From positions 1,984,001 through 2,048,000 of the forward strand of contig OY970355.1 of assembly GCA_963718525.1 (NCBI GenBank): DNA of 64,000 nucleotides. Direction: 5' to 3'. The position numbers and the translations under genes were made by a program. Below the pieces are notes generated by a model that had not been told where the DNA came from, ran no database searches, and saw only the letters and a list, made by a program, of their open reading frames with translations. How positions within the stretch are numbered: the first letter of the stretch is position 1; each line of letters begins with the position of its first letter. Origin of the DNA: Candidatus Dormiibacterota bacterium. Its GTDB lineage: Bacteria; Chloroflexota; Dormibacteria; Aeolococcales; Aeolococcaceae. Below, piece after piece: positions 1 through 8,343 of the stretch.

Positions 1-6
1 TCGCTC

Positions 7-279
7 GTGACCCCGTTCGTCGGGTTCGTGCTCAAGATCTATCTCCGAGTGTTGCTGCTCGCCGTCGCGGTGCAGGTGATCCTCGGTGGAGCGCTCTATC
101 TCATGGGCCATCGTGCTGTCCATGAACTCCACTATCTGTATGGAGCGGGGATGGCGGTGACCCTCGGACTGACCTTCGCGGTGAGCCGGCGAACCCCGTG
201 GCCACTCTCGAAGTTGCCCCTGGTGATCGGTGCCATCGTCGCCGTCATCTTCGCGGTGCTTGCACTCACCTCTGGATGA
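7..279 (+). CDS. small membrane protein, hypothetical (start may lie outside the window)
   Basis: 90-aa ORF with three hydrophobic segments. Confidence 0.6.
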   Translation: MTPFVGFVLKIYLRVLLLAVAVQVILGGALYLMGHRAVHELHYLYGAGMAVTLGLTFAVSRRTPWPLSKLPLVIGAIVAVIFAVLALTSG

Positions 280-286
280 CAAGAAC

Positions 287-700
287 GTGCCGCGAGACGC
301 GCAGCCTGACGCGCTGGTGATCCCGCCGTTTGCGGATCGCCTCGAACACGCCGCAGCCGTGCAGGGCGCGCATCTTGTGATCCGGGAGTGGGCGGCCACC
401 GGCGTGGACGAGGAGGTGGCGCCGCTTCACGTGCACATCGACGACGACGAAGCGTGGCATGTCATCTCGGGCGCGTTACGCTTCCGGCTTGCAGACCGCG
501 TCTTCATCGCAGCAGCCGGTGCAACCGTCCTTGTTCCCGCCGGGGTTGCTCATACCTTCGGCAACGCGGGCCCCGCCCCATCGCGCTACATCTTCATCGT
601 GCCGGCGAGGGTCGATGAACTGATCAGCCGTCTTCACGAGGTGGATCGGAAGGACCACCCGAGGGTTTACGCAGAGCATCGATCCCAGCTTGTCGAGTGA
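287..700 (+). CDS. cupin domain protein
   Basis: Cupin motifs PLHVHIDDDEAW and VPAGVAHTFGN; GTG at 287 chosen just after the upstream stop. Confidence 0.85.
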   Translation: MPRDAQPDALVIPPFADRLEHAAAVQGAHLVIREWAATGVDEEVAPLHVHIDDDEAWHVISGALRFRLADRVFIAAAGATVLVPAGVAHTFGNAGPAPSRYIFIVPARVDELISRLHEVDRKDHPRVYAEHRSQLVE

Positions 701-703
701 GCG

Positions 704-1474
704 CTACGGAAGCGGCGTCACCACACCTTGCCGCGCTCCGTCCAGGACGATCACGTTGAAACGGGACCGCATGCGGATCAACCCCGCGAGCACCGGAGCA
801 CCCAGGACGATGACCGCAAGCGCGTTGCCCATCGCGCGGAAGGTGTCATATACGAGCGAGGTTGCCAGGTAGAAACGGGCAAAGCGGGTGAGGGCGGCGG
901 TGACCGAGAGGCCCGGCTGCCATCCGAACCCCGGCGCTCCCCTGTAGAAGGTGGTCCAGTCCCAGACGTCGAGGAGCGCGCCGTAGGCGAACCCGGTGAC
1001 GACTCCGACGGTCGCCAGGATGACGATGTCCCGCCAGGTCACGGGGCCGGATCGGCGCAGCCCGGCCAGTCCCGCCGCCACGCCCACGAGGCCGCAACCC
1101 ATCATCTCGTAGGGAAGCCAGGGTCCGATCCCGCCCGTGGCCAGCGCTGAAGCGAGCAGCGCCACCGACCCCGCGAGGAAGCCGTACGAGCATCCGTAGA
1201 CGTACCCCGCAGCGAGGATGAGAAAGAACATCGGGCTGAATCCGCCGAGCCCCGTGACGAGCACGAGCCGCAGTGCGGCGTCGATGGCTGCGATCGCGGC
1301 CAGCAGGGCGAACCGGCGCGCGTCGAGGCGCCGCGTCGATGCCTCCACGAAGATCAACACGGCGACGATGCCGAGGCTCAGTGCCACGGATGTCGCCGCC
1401 GATGGTGTGTCCGCTGCCACGAACGGCCACAGGAACAGGGCCAATCCGGCAACCGAGATCACCCCGACTCTCAT
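704..1474 (-). CDS. ECF transporter S component, CbrT-like (probable cobalamin specificity)
   Basis: Polytopic membrane protein with GGIGPWLPYEM motif; last gene of a cobalamin-riboswitch operon with EcfT and ATPase. Confidence 0.8.
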   Translation of the reverse strand: MRVGVISVAGLALFLWPFVAADTPSAATSVALSLGIVAVLIFVEASTRRLDARRFALLAAIAAIDAALRLVLVTGLGGFSPMFFLILAAGYVYGCSYGFLAGSVALLASALATGGIGPWLPYEMMGCGLVGVAAGLAGLRRSGPVTWRDIVILATVGVVTGFAYGALLDVWDWTTFYRGAPGFGWQPGLSVTAALTRFARFYLATSLVYDTFRAMGNALAVIVLGAPVLAGLIRMRSRFNVIVLDGARQGVVTPLP

Positions 1475-2835
1475 GCCACAGCCACCGGAATGAGCTCGCG
1501 CGCCACGCCGGTGCCGACAGCGATGGTGCGATCCGCCACCGCAGCTGCCAGGTTCCTGTCGTGTGTGGCAATAACGAGTGAGCTGCCGGACGCGCGCAGC
1601 CGCTGCACCGCGCGGCAGAGCGCCTCGCGAGCTCTGCCGTCCATGCCGCGCGTGGGTTCATCGAGGAGCGCGATGCGTGGTTCGCCGGCAAGGACGGCGG
1701 CGATGGCGGCGCGCTGGCGTTCGCCCGTGCTCAGGTCGCGAGGGTCGCGATCCGCCAGCGCGGCGAGGCCGAGTTCGTTGAGGAGTCGGTCGGTGTCGCC
1801 GTTGGGTGGATCGCCGCGCACGGTCCACTTCACCTCGGACGCGACGGTCGCTCGGTGAAGGAGCGCCATCGGGTTCTGGGGGAGGAATGCAACTCGCCCT
1901 GACTCGCGATCCACCCTCCCGGAGAGCGGCGGGAGCAGCCCTGCGATGGTCCGAAGCAACGTCGTCTTGCCACCGCCGTTAGGCCCGACGAGTGCGAGCA
2001 CCTCGCCGGCATGGCCTTCGAGGTCAATCCCTTCGAGGATCGGCGTGTGGGCCGGTCCGGCCGCAACACCGGTGAGCTTCCAGGCGAGGCTCGACGGCGT
2101 CTGGCGCGAGACGGGCGACGCCGGCCGCTCGACGATCGGTCGCGCGACGGCTGTTGCTGCGTCCACCACGTGGCCGCCCTCCATCGCGTAGGCCCGTCCG
2201 GCGAGGAGGCTCAGCTGCTCGAGACGATGCTCGGCGACCACAACCGCGATGCCGTCCCCGGCGAGAGTGGCGAGGATGCCGACCACCGACCGTGCGCCGT
2301 CCTCGTCGAGCTGCGAGAGCGGCTCATCGAGCACGAGAACGCGTGGCCGCATCGCCAGCACACCTGCAAGTGCGAGGCGCTGACGCTCCCCTCCGGACAG
2401 CGTGGCAACGGCACGGCGGCGCAGATGGGCAATGCCGGTCCGCTCCAGAGCCTCGGCAACTCGCCCTGCCATCTCCGACCGCGATGTCGCGATGTTCTCG
2501 AGCCCGAACGCAACGTCTCGCTCGACCGTCGGATACACCGATTGCAACTCGGGATCCTGGAACACGAAGCCGACATTCCTGGCAAGCACCCGCGTCGGCG
2601 TCCTGATCACGTCATGACCGCAGACCTCGGCCATCCCGCCGACGGTGCCGCCATGGAAATGCGGAACCAGGCCGTTGAAGACGCGCATGAGTGACGACTT
2701 CCCCGAGCCCGAGTCTCCGGTGATCACGGTCAAACCGTCGGTGACTCCGAGGTCGGCGATGTCGAGTGCGTCGCTCCGTCCATTTGGGTATCGATAGGTG
2801 AAGCCGCCGAACCAAGCGATCGGCCTCGACGTCAT
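1471..2835 (-). CDS. ECF transporter ATPase with two fused ABC domains
   Basis: Walker A GDSGSGKS and GPNGGGKT, signatures LSGGE and LSTGE, VFQDPE Q-loop; ATG 2835 overlaps the ecfT stop (alternative start 2844). Confidence 0.9.
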   Translation of the reverse strand: MTSRPIAWFGGFTYRYPNGRSDALDIADLGVTDGLTVITGDSGSGKSSLMRVFNGLVPHFHGGTVGGMAEVCGHDVIRTPTRVLARNVGFVFQDPELQSVYPTVERDVAFGLENIATSRSEMAGRVAEALERTGIAHLRRRAVATLSGGERQRLALAGVLAMRPRVLVLDEPLSQLDEDGARSVVGILATLAGDGIAVVVAEHRLEQLSLLAGRAYAMEGGHVVDAATAVARPIVERPASPVSRQTPSSLAWKLTGVAAGPAHTPILEGIDLEGHAGEVLALVGPNGGGKTTLLRTIAGLLPPLSGRVDRESGRVAFLPQNPMALLHRATVASEVKWTVRGDPPNGDTDRLLNELGLAALADRDPRDLSTGERQRAAIAAVLAGEPRIALLDEPTRGMDGRAREALCRAVQRLRASGSSLVIATHDRNLAAAVADRTIAVGTGVARELIPVAVA

Positions 2836-3656
2836 CGTCGCCATACCAGCGCGGGGATCGCGAGGACAAGACAGCAGGCAACACCGAAAACGTCGATCGG
2901 GGGAAGTGAGACGTCGGGGAACGGGTACCAATCGTTGACGACACCGCCGATACGCAACGCCACAAACGTGAGTGCAGCCATGGGAGCGAGCACGGTGACC
3001 GCGATATCCTCCCGGGTCCACGCAGTTTCGCTGTAGTGGGTCCGCGCCCCCGACCCGTATCCCCGCGCCTCCATCGCCTCGGCGAGCGTGATGGAACCCT
3101 CGAGCGCGGTGAGCACGATCGGCACCGCGAGGTCGGGCCATTCGCGCACACGCCGGGGACGCCACCCGCGCATTCGCTGAGCGTCGCGAATCTCAGTCGC
3201 GCTGCGCGCGATTCCAGGGATGAGGTTGAGCGCCGTGCCGATTGCGGCGCCGGTGCGTGCCAGCGCGCCCGGAAGGGCGTCGACCAGGGAATTCGGCATC
3301 ACCACGAGCGAAAGCGGTGCCGCTGCGAGGACGGCCGCAGCGATCCCGATCCCCGTTGACGCTCCGAAGACCACCGCCTCGACCGTCAGCTTCCCGCCGG
3401 CCACCGGTATGCCGCCCGGCAGTACCAGGAATGCATGTGTGCCGGTGTGGCTTGCGAGGGTCGTGACCACGATGGCGATCATGGCGGCGATCACCAGCGC
3501 GATGGCGACGCCACGGAGCGAGACCTCTGGGCGCCGCAGTGCGACGAGAACGTTGAGCGCGCAGAGCAGCACGAGCACCCGATACACCGGGTTCCCTGAG
3601 GCAAGCGCGATGGTGATGCCCGAGATCGACCAGGCCGCGAGCGCGCGAGGGTTCAC
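2832..3656 (-). CDS. ECF transporter T component (EcfT/CbiQ family)
   Basis: Hydrophobic N-half, AQRMRG and AEAMEARG motifs; GTG 3656 overlaps the upstream stop. Confidence 0.9.
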   Translation of the reverse strand: MNPRALAAWSISGITIALASGNPVYRVLVLLCALNVLVALRRPEVSLRGVAIALVIAAMIAIVVTTLASHTGTHAFLVLPGGIPVAGGKLTVEAVVFGASTGIGIAAAVLAAAPLSLVVMPNSLVDALPGALARTGAAIGTALNLIPGIARSATEIRDAQRMRGWRPRRVREWPDLAVPIVLTALEGSITLAEAMEARGYGSGARTHYSETAWTREDIAVTVLAPMAALTFVALRIGGVVNDWYPFPDVSLPPIDVFGVACCLVLAIPALVWRR

Positions 3657-4465
3657 TCGCGACGCCTTCGCAGTGCGTGGGTGCAGAGCAGGCCGACGAG
3701 CCCACCTGCTCCGATGGCCGCAAGCAGGAGGCCGAAATTGATGCCGGGCGGATCGGTCGCCGCGCCGACCGCTGCGAGCGCCCTCGGCGTGGCTCCTGGC
3801 GTCGCGAGACCGAGCACACCTGCGGTGGGTGTCGTCGTTGATGCAGGTGTTGCCGGACGCGACGTCGGCGCCGCAGAGGAGCTGGCTAGCGCGTGTGCTG
3901 ACGACGCGGGAGTTCCCGCCGCAGTCGGGGTTCGCGTGGGTGGCGGCGTCACCGCCGGGCAGGTGCCGGACGGAGATGGTGGAGGTGGATCGGTCCCCGT
4001 TTGCAAGTCGTATCTGAAGCCGATGTCGTCGCCACCATTGACCGTAACGTTCGAAACGCCGAGGTCGGAGGTGGCCCATGCACCGCCGCCCCGCGAGACG
4101 AACAGCACCCAGTACGAGCCGGACGTCGAGAAGCAACCCGGAGGATAGGTCGCAGGTTCGTTGTCGATCTGGCAGATCGCCGCGCCAAGTCCGCCTCCAT
4201 ACGACGAGATCGCGACCTCGAGGCCGCTTGCCTGTAGCACATGGAGGGCGGTCGCGGTGGACGTGTCGAAGCCGACGCAGCGACGGATCACCTGCCCGTC
4301 CGCGTGTTCGACAACGAGGCCCGCTCGGTGCGAGAAGGACGCTTGCGCACAGAGCGGTTGCACGGGCCCGGTGCGGGCGACGGTCGACACGGCACTGAGT
4401 CCAAACGCCACCACGGGCACAGCGAGCGCGACGCGTACGAGGCGCCGCATCACGTGCATGGTCAC
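3653..4465 (-). CDS. secreted, C-terminally anchored protein with DUF4430/transcobalamin C-terminal-like domain
   Basis: Signal peptide; segment ICQIDNEP...YWVLFV...LGVSNVTVNGGDDIGFRY matches the DUF4430 pattern by eye; Pro/Thr/Ala linker, TM helix, RRRRE tail. Confidence 0.65.
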   Translation of the reverse strand: MTMHVMRRLVRVALAVPVVAFGLSAVSTVARTGPVQPLCAQASFSHRAGLVVEHADGQVIRRCVGFDTSTATALHVLQASGLEVAISSYGGGLGAAICQIDNEPATYPPGCFSTSGSYWVLFVSRGGGAWATSDLGVSNVTVNGGDDIGFRYDLQTGTDPPPPSPSGTCPAVTPPPTRTPTAAGTPASSAHALASSSAAPTSRPATPASTTTPTAGVLGLATPGATPRALAAVGAATDPPGINFGLLLAAIGAGGLVGLLCTHALRRRRE

Positions 4466-6711
4466 GTTCCGCTCCGGCGGCGCGCACCCAACGCGACGCC
4501 CGCCGCCACGATGGCCGCCGCAAGGGCTGCGATCACATAGACAACGGTGGTCGGGAACCCTGCTCCAGCCGCGGGAGAGACTGCGAGCGCGGGTGCACCG
4601 GTCGGACCCGGCCCGGCCGCCGGCGAGGTCGGCGGCCCCGTGCTTGCCGGCTGGCTCGTCGGCGTCGCGGTCACGCCCAGCACGGCTCCGGTCGGTGCGG
4701 GCGTCGCCGAGGCGCCGCCCGTGCCGGATGGCACCAGCGTCGACGCCGGCTTCAGCCGCGGCGTGGGCACCGGCGTCGGGGTGGGGGGCGGCGCGGTCCC
4801 GTTCAGCGTCGATCCGACCTGATAGCAGCGGGCGCTCCCGCAGGTCAGCGGAGAGGCCGCGCGCTCGAGAGCGGGGGGAACCTGTGCGGTGGTGAATGCA
4901 TCGGGAGCGGGGTTGCCGGGGAAGGTGAAGCCGCCGCTGCTCCCCTGGGTGGCGATGAGCTCGGCGAGGGGACCGTGCCCGCCCGGCGCCCAGGTGGGAG
5001 CCTGCGGGTTCTGACCGGTGGCGAGCAGGGCCTGGAGGACGAGCGCGGTGGAGTCGGGGTCGCTGCCGCTGCCGGCCTGGTAGGGAAAGCCACCATCACC
5101 GTCCTGCTGGGTGCGCAACCACGCCAGCGCGGAGCGATCCCGGGCGTGCATGCCGGCGGCATCCAGGGCCATCAGCACCATGGCGGTGGAGTTGGTGTCA
5201 CTGGTGTCGAAGTTCGTCGGACCGTTGGGATCGTCCTTGATGAGCAGGTAGTCCCAGCCCCCGTCGCTGTCCTGGGCGGCGACCAGGTGACGGAGCGCGG
5301 CCGCCGGGACCGCCTGATGAGCGGCGACCAGTCCCTGGATGGCAAGGGCCTGGGTGAACGCCTCGCCATTGCCGAAGACGCCGCTGCCCGCGGAGTAGAA
5401 GCCGTTGAGGGTGGTGAGCAGATCGACGCCCCCGAAGGCGGCGGGGTTGAGCCCGGCGGCGGCGACCGCCTGGAGGAGTTCCCCGCAGGCGCCGGCGCTC
5501 GTGCATGCCCCGGCCGCGTGGGCAGCGAGGTAGGCCATCACCGATGGCCCCGAGCCATGGCGCAGCGCATTGGGGTCATAGCCGGCGGCGGCGGCCCCGA
5601 TGGCGTACTCCTCGCTGACCGCGTCGGTGCTCGCCCCCACCGGGATCGACCCGTCACTCCCCGACTGCTGCCCCTGCAGGTAGAGAAGTGAAGCGGTGGC
5701 GGCATGTGCCTCGGTTGCCGGCGTGAAACCGTGGGTGAACACCACACGCGCCGGATACGGCTCCATCTCGAGAGCGGGGGGAACCTGTGCGGTGGTGAAT
5801 GCATCGGGAGCGGGGTTGCCGGGGAAGGTGAAGCCGCCGCTGCTCCCCTGGGTGGCGATGAGCTCGGCGAGGGGACCGTGCCCGCCCGGCGCCCAGGTGG
5901 GAGCCTGCGGGTTCTGACCGGTGGCGAGCAGGGCCTGGAGGACGAGCGCGGTGGAGTCGGGGTCGCTGCCGCTGCCGGCCTGGTAGGGAAAGCCACCATC
6001 ACCGTCCTGCTGGGTGCGCAACCACGCCAGTGCGGAGCGATCCCGGGCGTGCATGCCGGCGGCATCCAGGGCCATCAGCACCATGGCGGTGGAGTTGGTG
6101 TCACTGGTGTCGAAGTTCGTCGGACCGTTGGGATCGTCCTTGATGAGCAGGTAGTCCCAGCCCCCGTCGCTGTCCTGGGCGGCGACCAGGTGACGGAGCG
6201 CGGCCGCCGGGACCGCCTGATGAGCGGCGACCAGTCCCTGGATGGCAAGGGCCTGGGTGAACGCCTCGCCATTGCCGAAGACGCCGCTGCCCGCGGAGTA
6301 GAAGCCGTTGAGGGTGGTGAGCAGATCGACGCCCCCGAAGGCGGCGGGGTTGAGCCCGGCGGCGGCGACCGCCTGGAGGAGTTCCCCGCAGGCGCCGGCG
6401 CTCGTGCATGCCCCGGCCGCGTGGGCAGCGAGGTAGGCCATCACCGATGGCCCCGAGCCATGGCGCAGCGCATTGGGGTCATAGCCGGCGACGGCGGCCC
6501 CGATGGCGTACTCCTCGCTGACCGCGTCGGTGCTCGCCCCCACCGGGATCGACCCGTCACTCCCCGACTGCTGCCCCTGCAGGTATTCCACGGCCCGCGA
6601 TGCCGGGTCCACCTGCGTGGCTGCGCTGCTGGTTCCGATTGCGAAGGCGAGCAGCGCCGCGCCTGTCGCTCCAGCGGTCGCCAATGCGGCGACCCTCCTG
6701 GTCCTGCCCAT
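4462..6711 (-). CDS. secreted prenyltransferase/squalene-oxidase-repeat (alpha/alpha barrel) protein, internally duplicated, C-terminally anchored
   Basis: Signal peptide; repeated QxxDGGW/F and DxxSTAxxLxAL motifs; two near-identical ~273-aa halves; PT-rich linker, TM helix, RRR tail. Confidence 0.8.
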   Translation of the reverse strand: MGRTRRVAALATAGATGAALLAFAIGTSSAATQVDPASRAVEYLQGQQSGSDGSIPVGASTDAVSEEYAIGAAVAGYDPNALRHGSGPSVMAYLAAHAAGACTSAGACGELLQAVAAAGLNPAAFGGVDLLTTLNGFYSAGSGVFGNGEAFTQALAIQGLVAAHQAVPAAALRHLVAAQDSDGGWDYLLIKDDPNGPTNFDTSDTNSTAMVLMALDAAGMHARDRSALAWLRTQQDGDGGFPYQAGSGSDPDSTALVLQALLATGQNPQAPTWAPGGHGPLAELIATQGSSGGFTFPGNPAPDAFTTAQVPPALEMEPYPARVVFTHGFTPATEAHAATASLLYLQGQQSGSDGSIPVGASTDAVSEEYAIGAAAAGYDPNALRHGSGPSVMAYLAAHAAGACTSAGACGELLQAVAAAGLNPAAFGGVDLLTTLNGFYSAGSGVFGNGEAFTQALAIQGLVAAHQAVPAAALRHLVAAQDSDGGWDYLLIKDDPNGPTNFDTSDTNSTAMVLMALDAAGMHARDRSALAWLRTQQDGDGGFPYQAGSGSDPDSTALVLQALLATGQNPQAPTWAPGGHGPLAELIATQGSSGGFTFPGNPAPDAFTTAQVPPALERAASPLTCGSARCYQVGSTLNGTAPPPTPTPVPTPRLKPASTLVPSGTGGASATPAPTGAVLGVTATPTSQPASTGPPTSPAAGPGPTGAPALAVSPAAGAGFPTTVVYVIAALAAAIVAAGVALGARRRSGT
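4864..5682. repeat. direct repeat copy 2 (819 bp, period 903 bp)
   Basis: Matches 5767-6585 except for two substitutions seen by eye (5128 C/6031 T; 5588 G/6491 A). Confidence 0.95.
5767..6585. repeat. direct repeat copy 1 (819 bp)
   Basis: Matches 4864-5682; alternative-frame ORFs 5172..5369/6075..6272 and 5198..5506/6101..6409 are identical. Confidence 0.95.
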
Positions 6712-6810
6712 GTCGGCACCCCACGCGGCGAAGGGGACTCCACCCTTGCCGGAGTCGTCCTCGCCGCATGAGGCTTCCTCCCGTCGTGCGCGGGGATGGA
6801 GGTCGACGCC

Positions 6811-6972
6811 TCAGGTCGGTCTCCTGGCTTGCGGATCAACGCCGTACACGGCCGCCTTCCCGGGAGCTCGCACTCCCGGTGGCACGATGGCCGCCGGCTC
6901 CCCGCTCACAGTTGCGCGACAGCGCCGGATTCGTCACCGGCTTCCCGTCACCCGGAGCGTTATTCAGTTGTG
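6811..6972 (-). promoter_or_regulatory. cobalamin (B12) riboswitch; ends approximate
   Basis: Minus strand reads GGGAAGCCGGTG..AATCCGGCGCTGTCGCGCAACTGT...GCCACCGGG...CCCGGGAAGGC...AAGCCAGGAGACC, the B12-element conserved blocks, ~100 nt upstream of the ATG at 6711. Confidence 0.92.
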
Positions 6973-7035
6973 GTGGTCGAGTATGCGCCGGGTCCCGGCG
7001 GATTCGTCAAGGGGTCGGTGGGTACACTTGAGTCC

Positions 7036-8343
7036 ATGCCTCAAGCCGGCCCGCGAGCGGTCGCCCTCATCTCCGTGCACGCGTCGCCACTGTCGGATCT
7101 GGGCAGCGGCGAGAACGGCGGTATGAACCTCGCAATCCGCAGACTGTGCGAAGGGCTGTCGCTCCGCGGGGTGCCGACCGACGTGTTCGTGCGCCGCGAC
7201 GGACCTGGTCCAGACGAGGAATTGATCGCGCCGCTCAGCCGGCTGGTTCGGCTCCCGGTTGGTCCGCCGCGACCGCTCCGCAAGGAGGACGTCAGGGCGC
7301 TGCTCGACGATTTCACCGACGCGACAATCCGCCACGCCGCATCCGAGCGGCGCTCCTATCGCGCCATCCACGGTCACTACTGGCACGGCGGTCTCGTCGG
7401 CCGGCGGCTTCGCGACGCGTGGAGGATTGCGTGGGTCCAGTCGTTTCACACCCTGGCGCTGACCAAGGCGCGCGCCGGCCTGCCGCTGGACGCGCTGCGA
7501 GCACAGGCCGAGGGTGAGCTCGCCGCTCAGGCGGACAGGCTCGTCGCCGGGAGCGCGGCCGAAGCCAAGGACCTGATCCGTCTCTATCGGGCATCGCGGG
7601 ACCGCATCTGCGTCGCCCAGCCCGGCGTCGACCCCCGCCTTTTCGCGGAGCACGACGGCTCCGGACTTCGGCGCAGCCTCGGCCTCGAGGATGCGCGCGT
7701 GGCGCTGTTCGCCGGCAGGCTGGAACCGCTCAAAGGCGCTCAGATCCTGCTGGACGCGGCGGCGCAACTCAGGACCGAGACGAAGTTTGCCGACCTCGCG
7801 GTGGTGATCGCAGGGGATGACAGCGGCGACGGCGCGAACGACCACCGAGGCGGTGAGCGCAGGCGGCTCGAGCGTCATGCGGCGCGCCTCGGTCTCGCCG
7901 ACCACGTGCGCTTCGTCGGCGCCGTTCCCCATGAGCAACTCGCCGTCTACTACGCGATGGCGGACGTCTGCGTCGTCCCCTCCCTGACCGAGAGCTTTGG
8001 GCTCGTCGCGCTCGAGGCACAGGCCCTCGGGACCCCGGTGGTGGCCGCTTCAGTCGGCGGGCTGCGCGAGGTGGTGGAGGACGGGGTGACCGGCTACCTT
8101 GTGGATGGCCACGAACCCGACGACTACGCCCGCTCGATGTCCGACGTGCTCGACGACCCCGTGCGCAGAGCGGAGATGGGGGAGCAGGCACGGCGTCGCG
8201 CCGGACGATTCACATGGCTTCGCGCCGTGGATCGCCTGGCCGCGATCTACGACCGGATCGGCGTCGAGGGCCAGCCCTCCGGGAGCCCGTGCGGCTACGA
8301 GGACGACGAGGCCGTGGCACTGATGGGCAGCGCCGCCAGCTAA
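7036..8343 (+). CDS. GT4 glycosyltransferase, MshA (D-inositol-3-phosphate glycosyltransferase)-like
   Basis: SVHASPL..GGMN, HGHYW, SFHT, GRLEPLKG and ESFGLVALEAQ motifs; ATG 7036 lies 7 nt after TACACT. Confidence 0.8.
   Translation: MPQAGPRAVALISVHASPLSDLGSGENGGMNLAIRRLCEGLSLRGVPTDVFVRRDGPGPDEELIAPLSRLVRLPVGPPRPLRKEDVRALLDDFTDATIRHAASERRSYRAIHGHYWHGGLVGRRLRDAWRIAWVQSFHTLALTKARAGLPLDALRAQAEGELAAQADRLVAGSAAEAKDLIRLYRASRDRICVAQPGVDPRLFAEHDGSGLRRSLGLEDARVALFAGRLEPLKGAQILLDAAAQLRTETKFADLAVVIAGDDSGDGANDHRGGERRRLERHAARLGLADHVRFVGAVPHEQLAVYYAMADVCVVPSLTESFGLVALEAQALGTPVVAASVGGLREVVEDGVTGYLVDGHEPDDYARSMSDVLDDPVRRAEMGEQARRRAGRFTWLRAVDRLAAIYDRIGVEGQPSGSPCGYEDDEAVALMGSAAS

Noticed and set aside
4864-6585. 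Repeat as IS element or CRISPR
   Set aside because: In-frame within one CDS; no transposase, terminal repeats or spacers
4462-6711. Squalene-hopene cyclase / terpene biosynthesis gene
   Set aside because: No DXDD catalytic motif; it has a signal peptide and C-terminal anchor and lies in a B12-riboswitch transport operon
6796-7035. 80-aa N-terminal extension of the glycosyltransferase ORF
   Set aside because: It overlaps the antisense riboswitch; family motifs begin after ATG 7036
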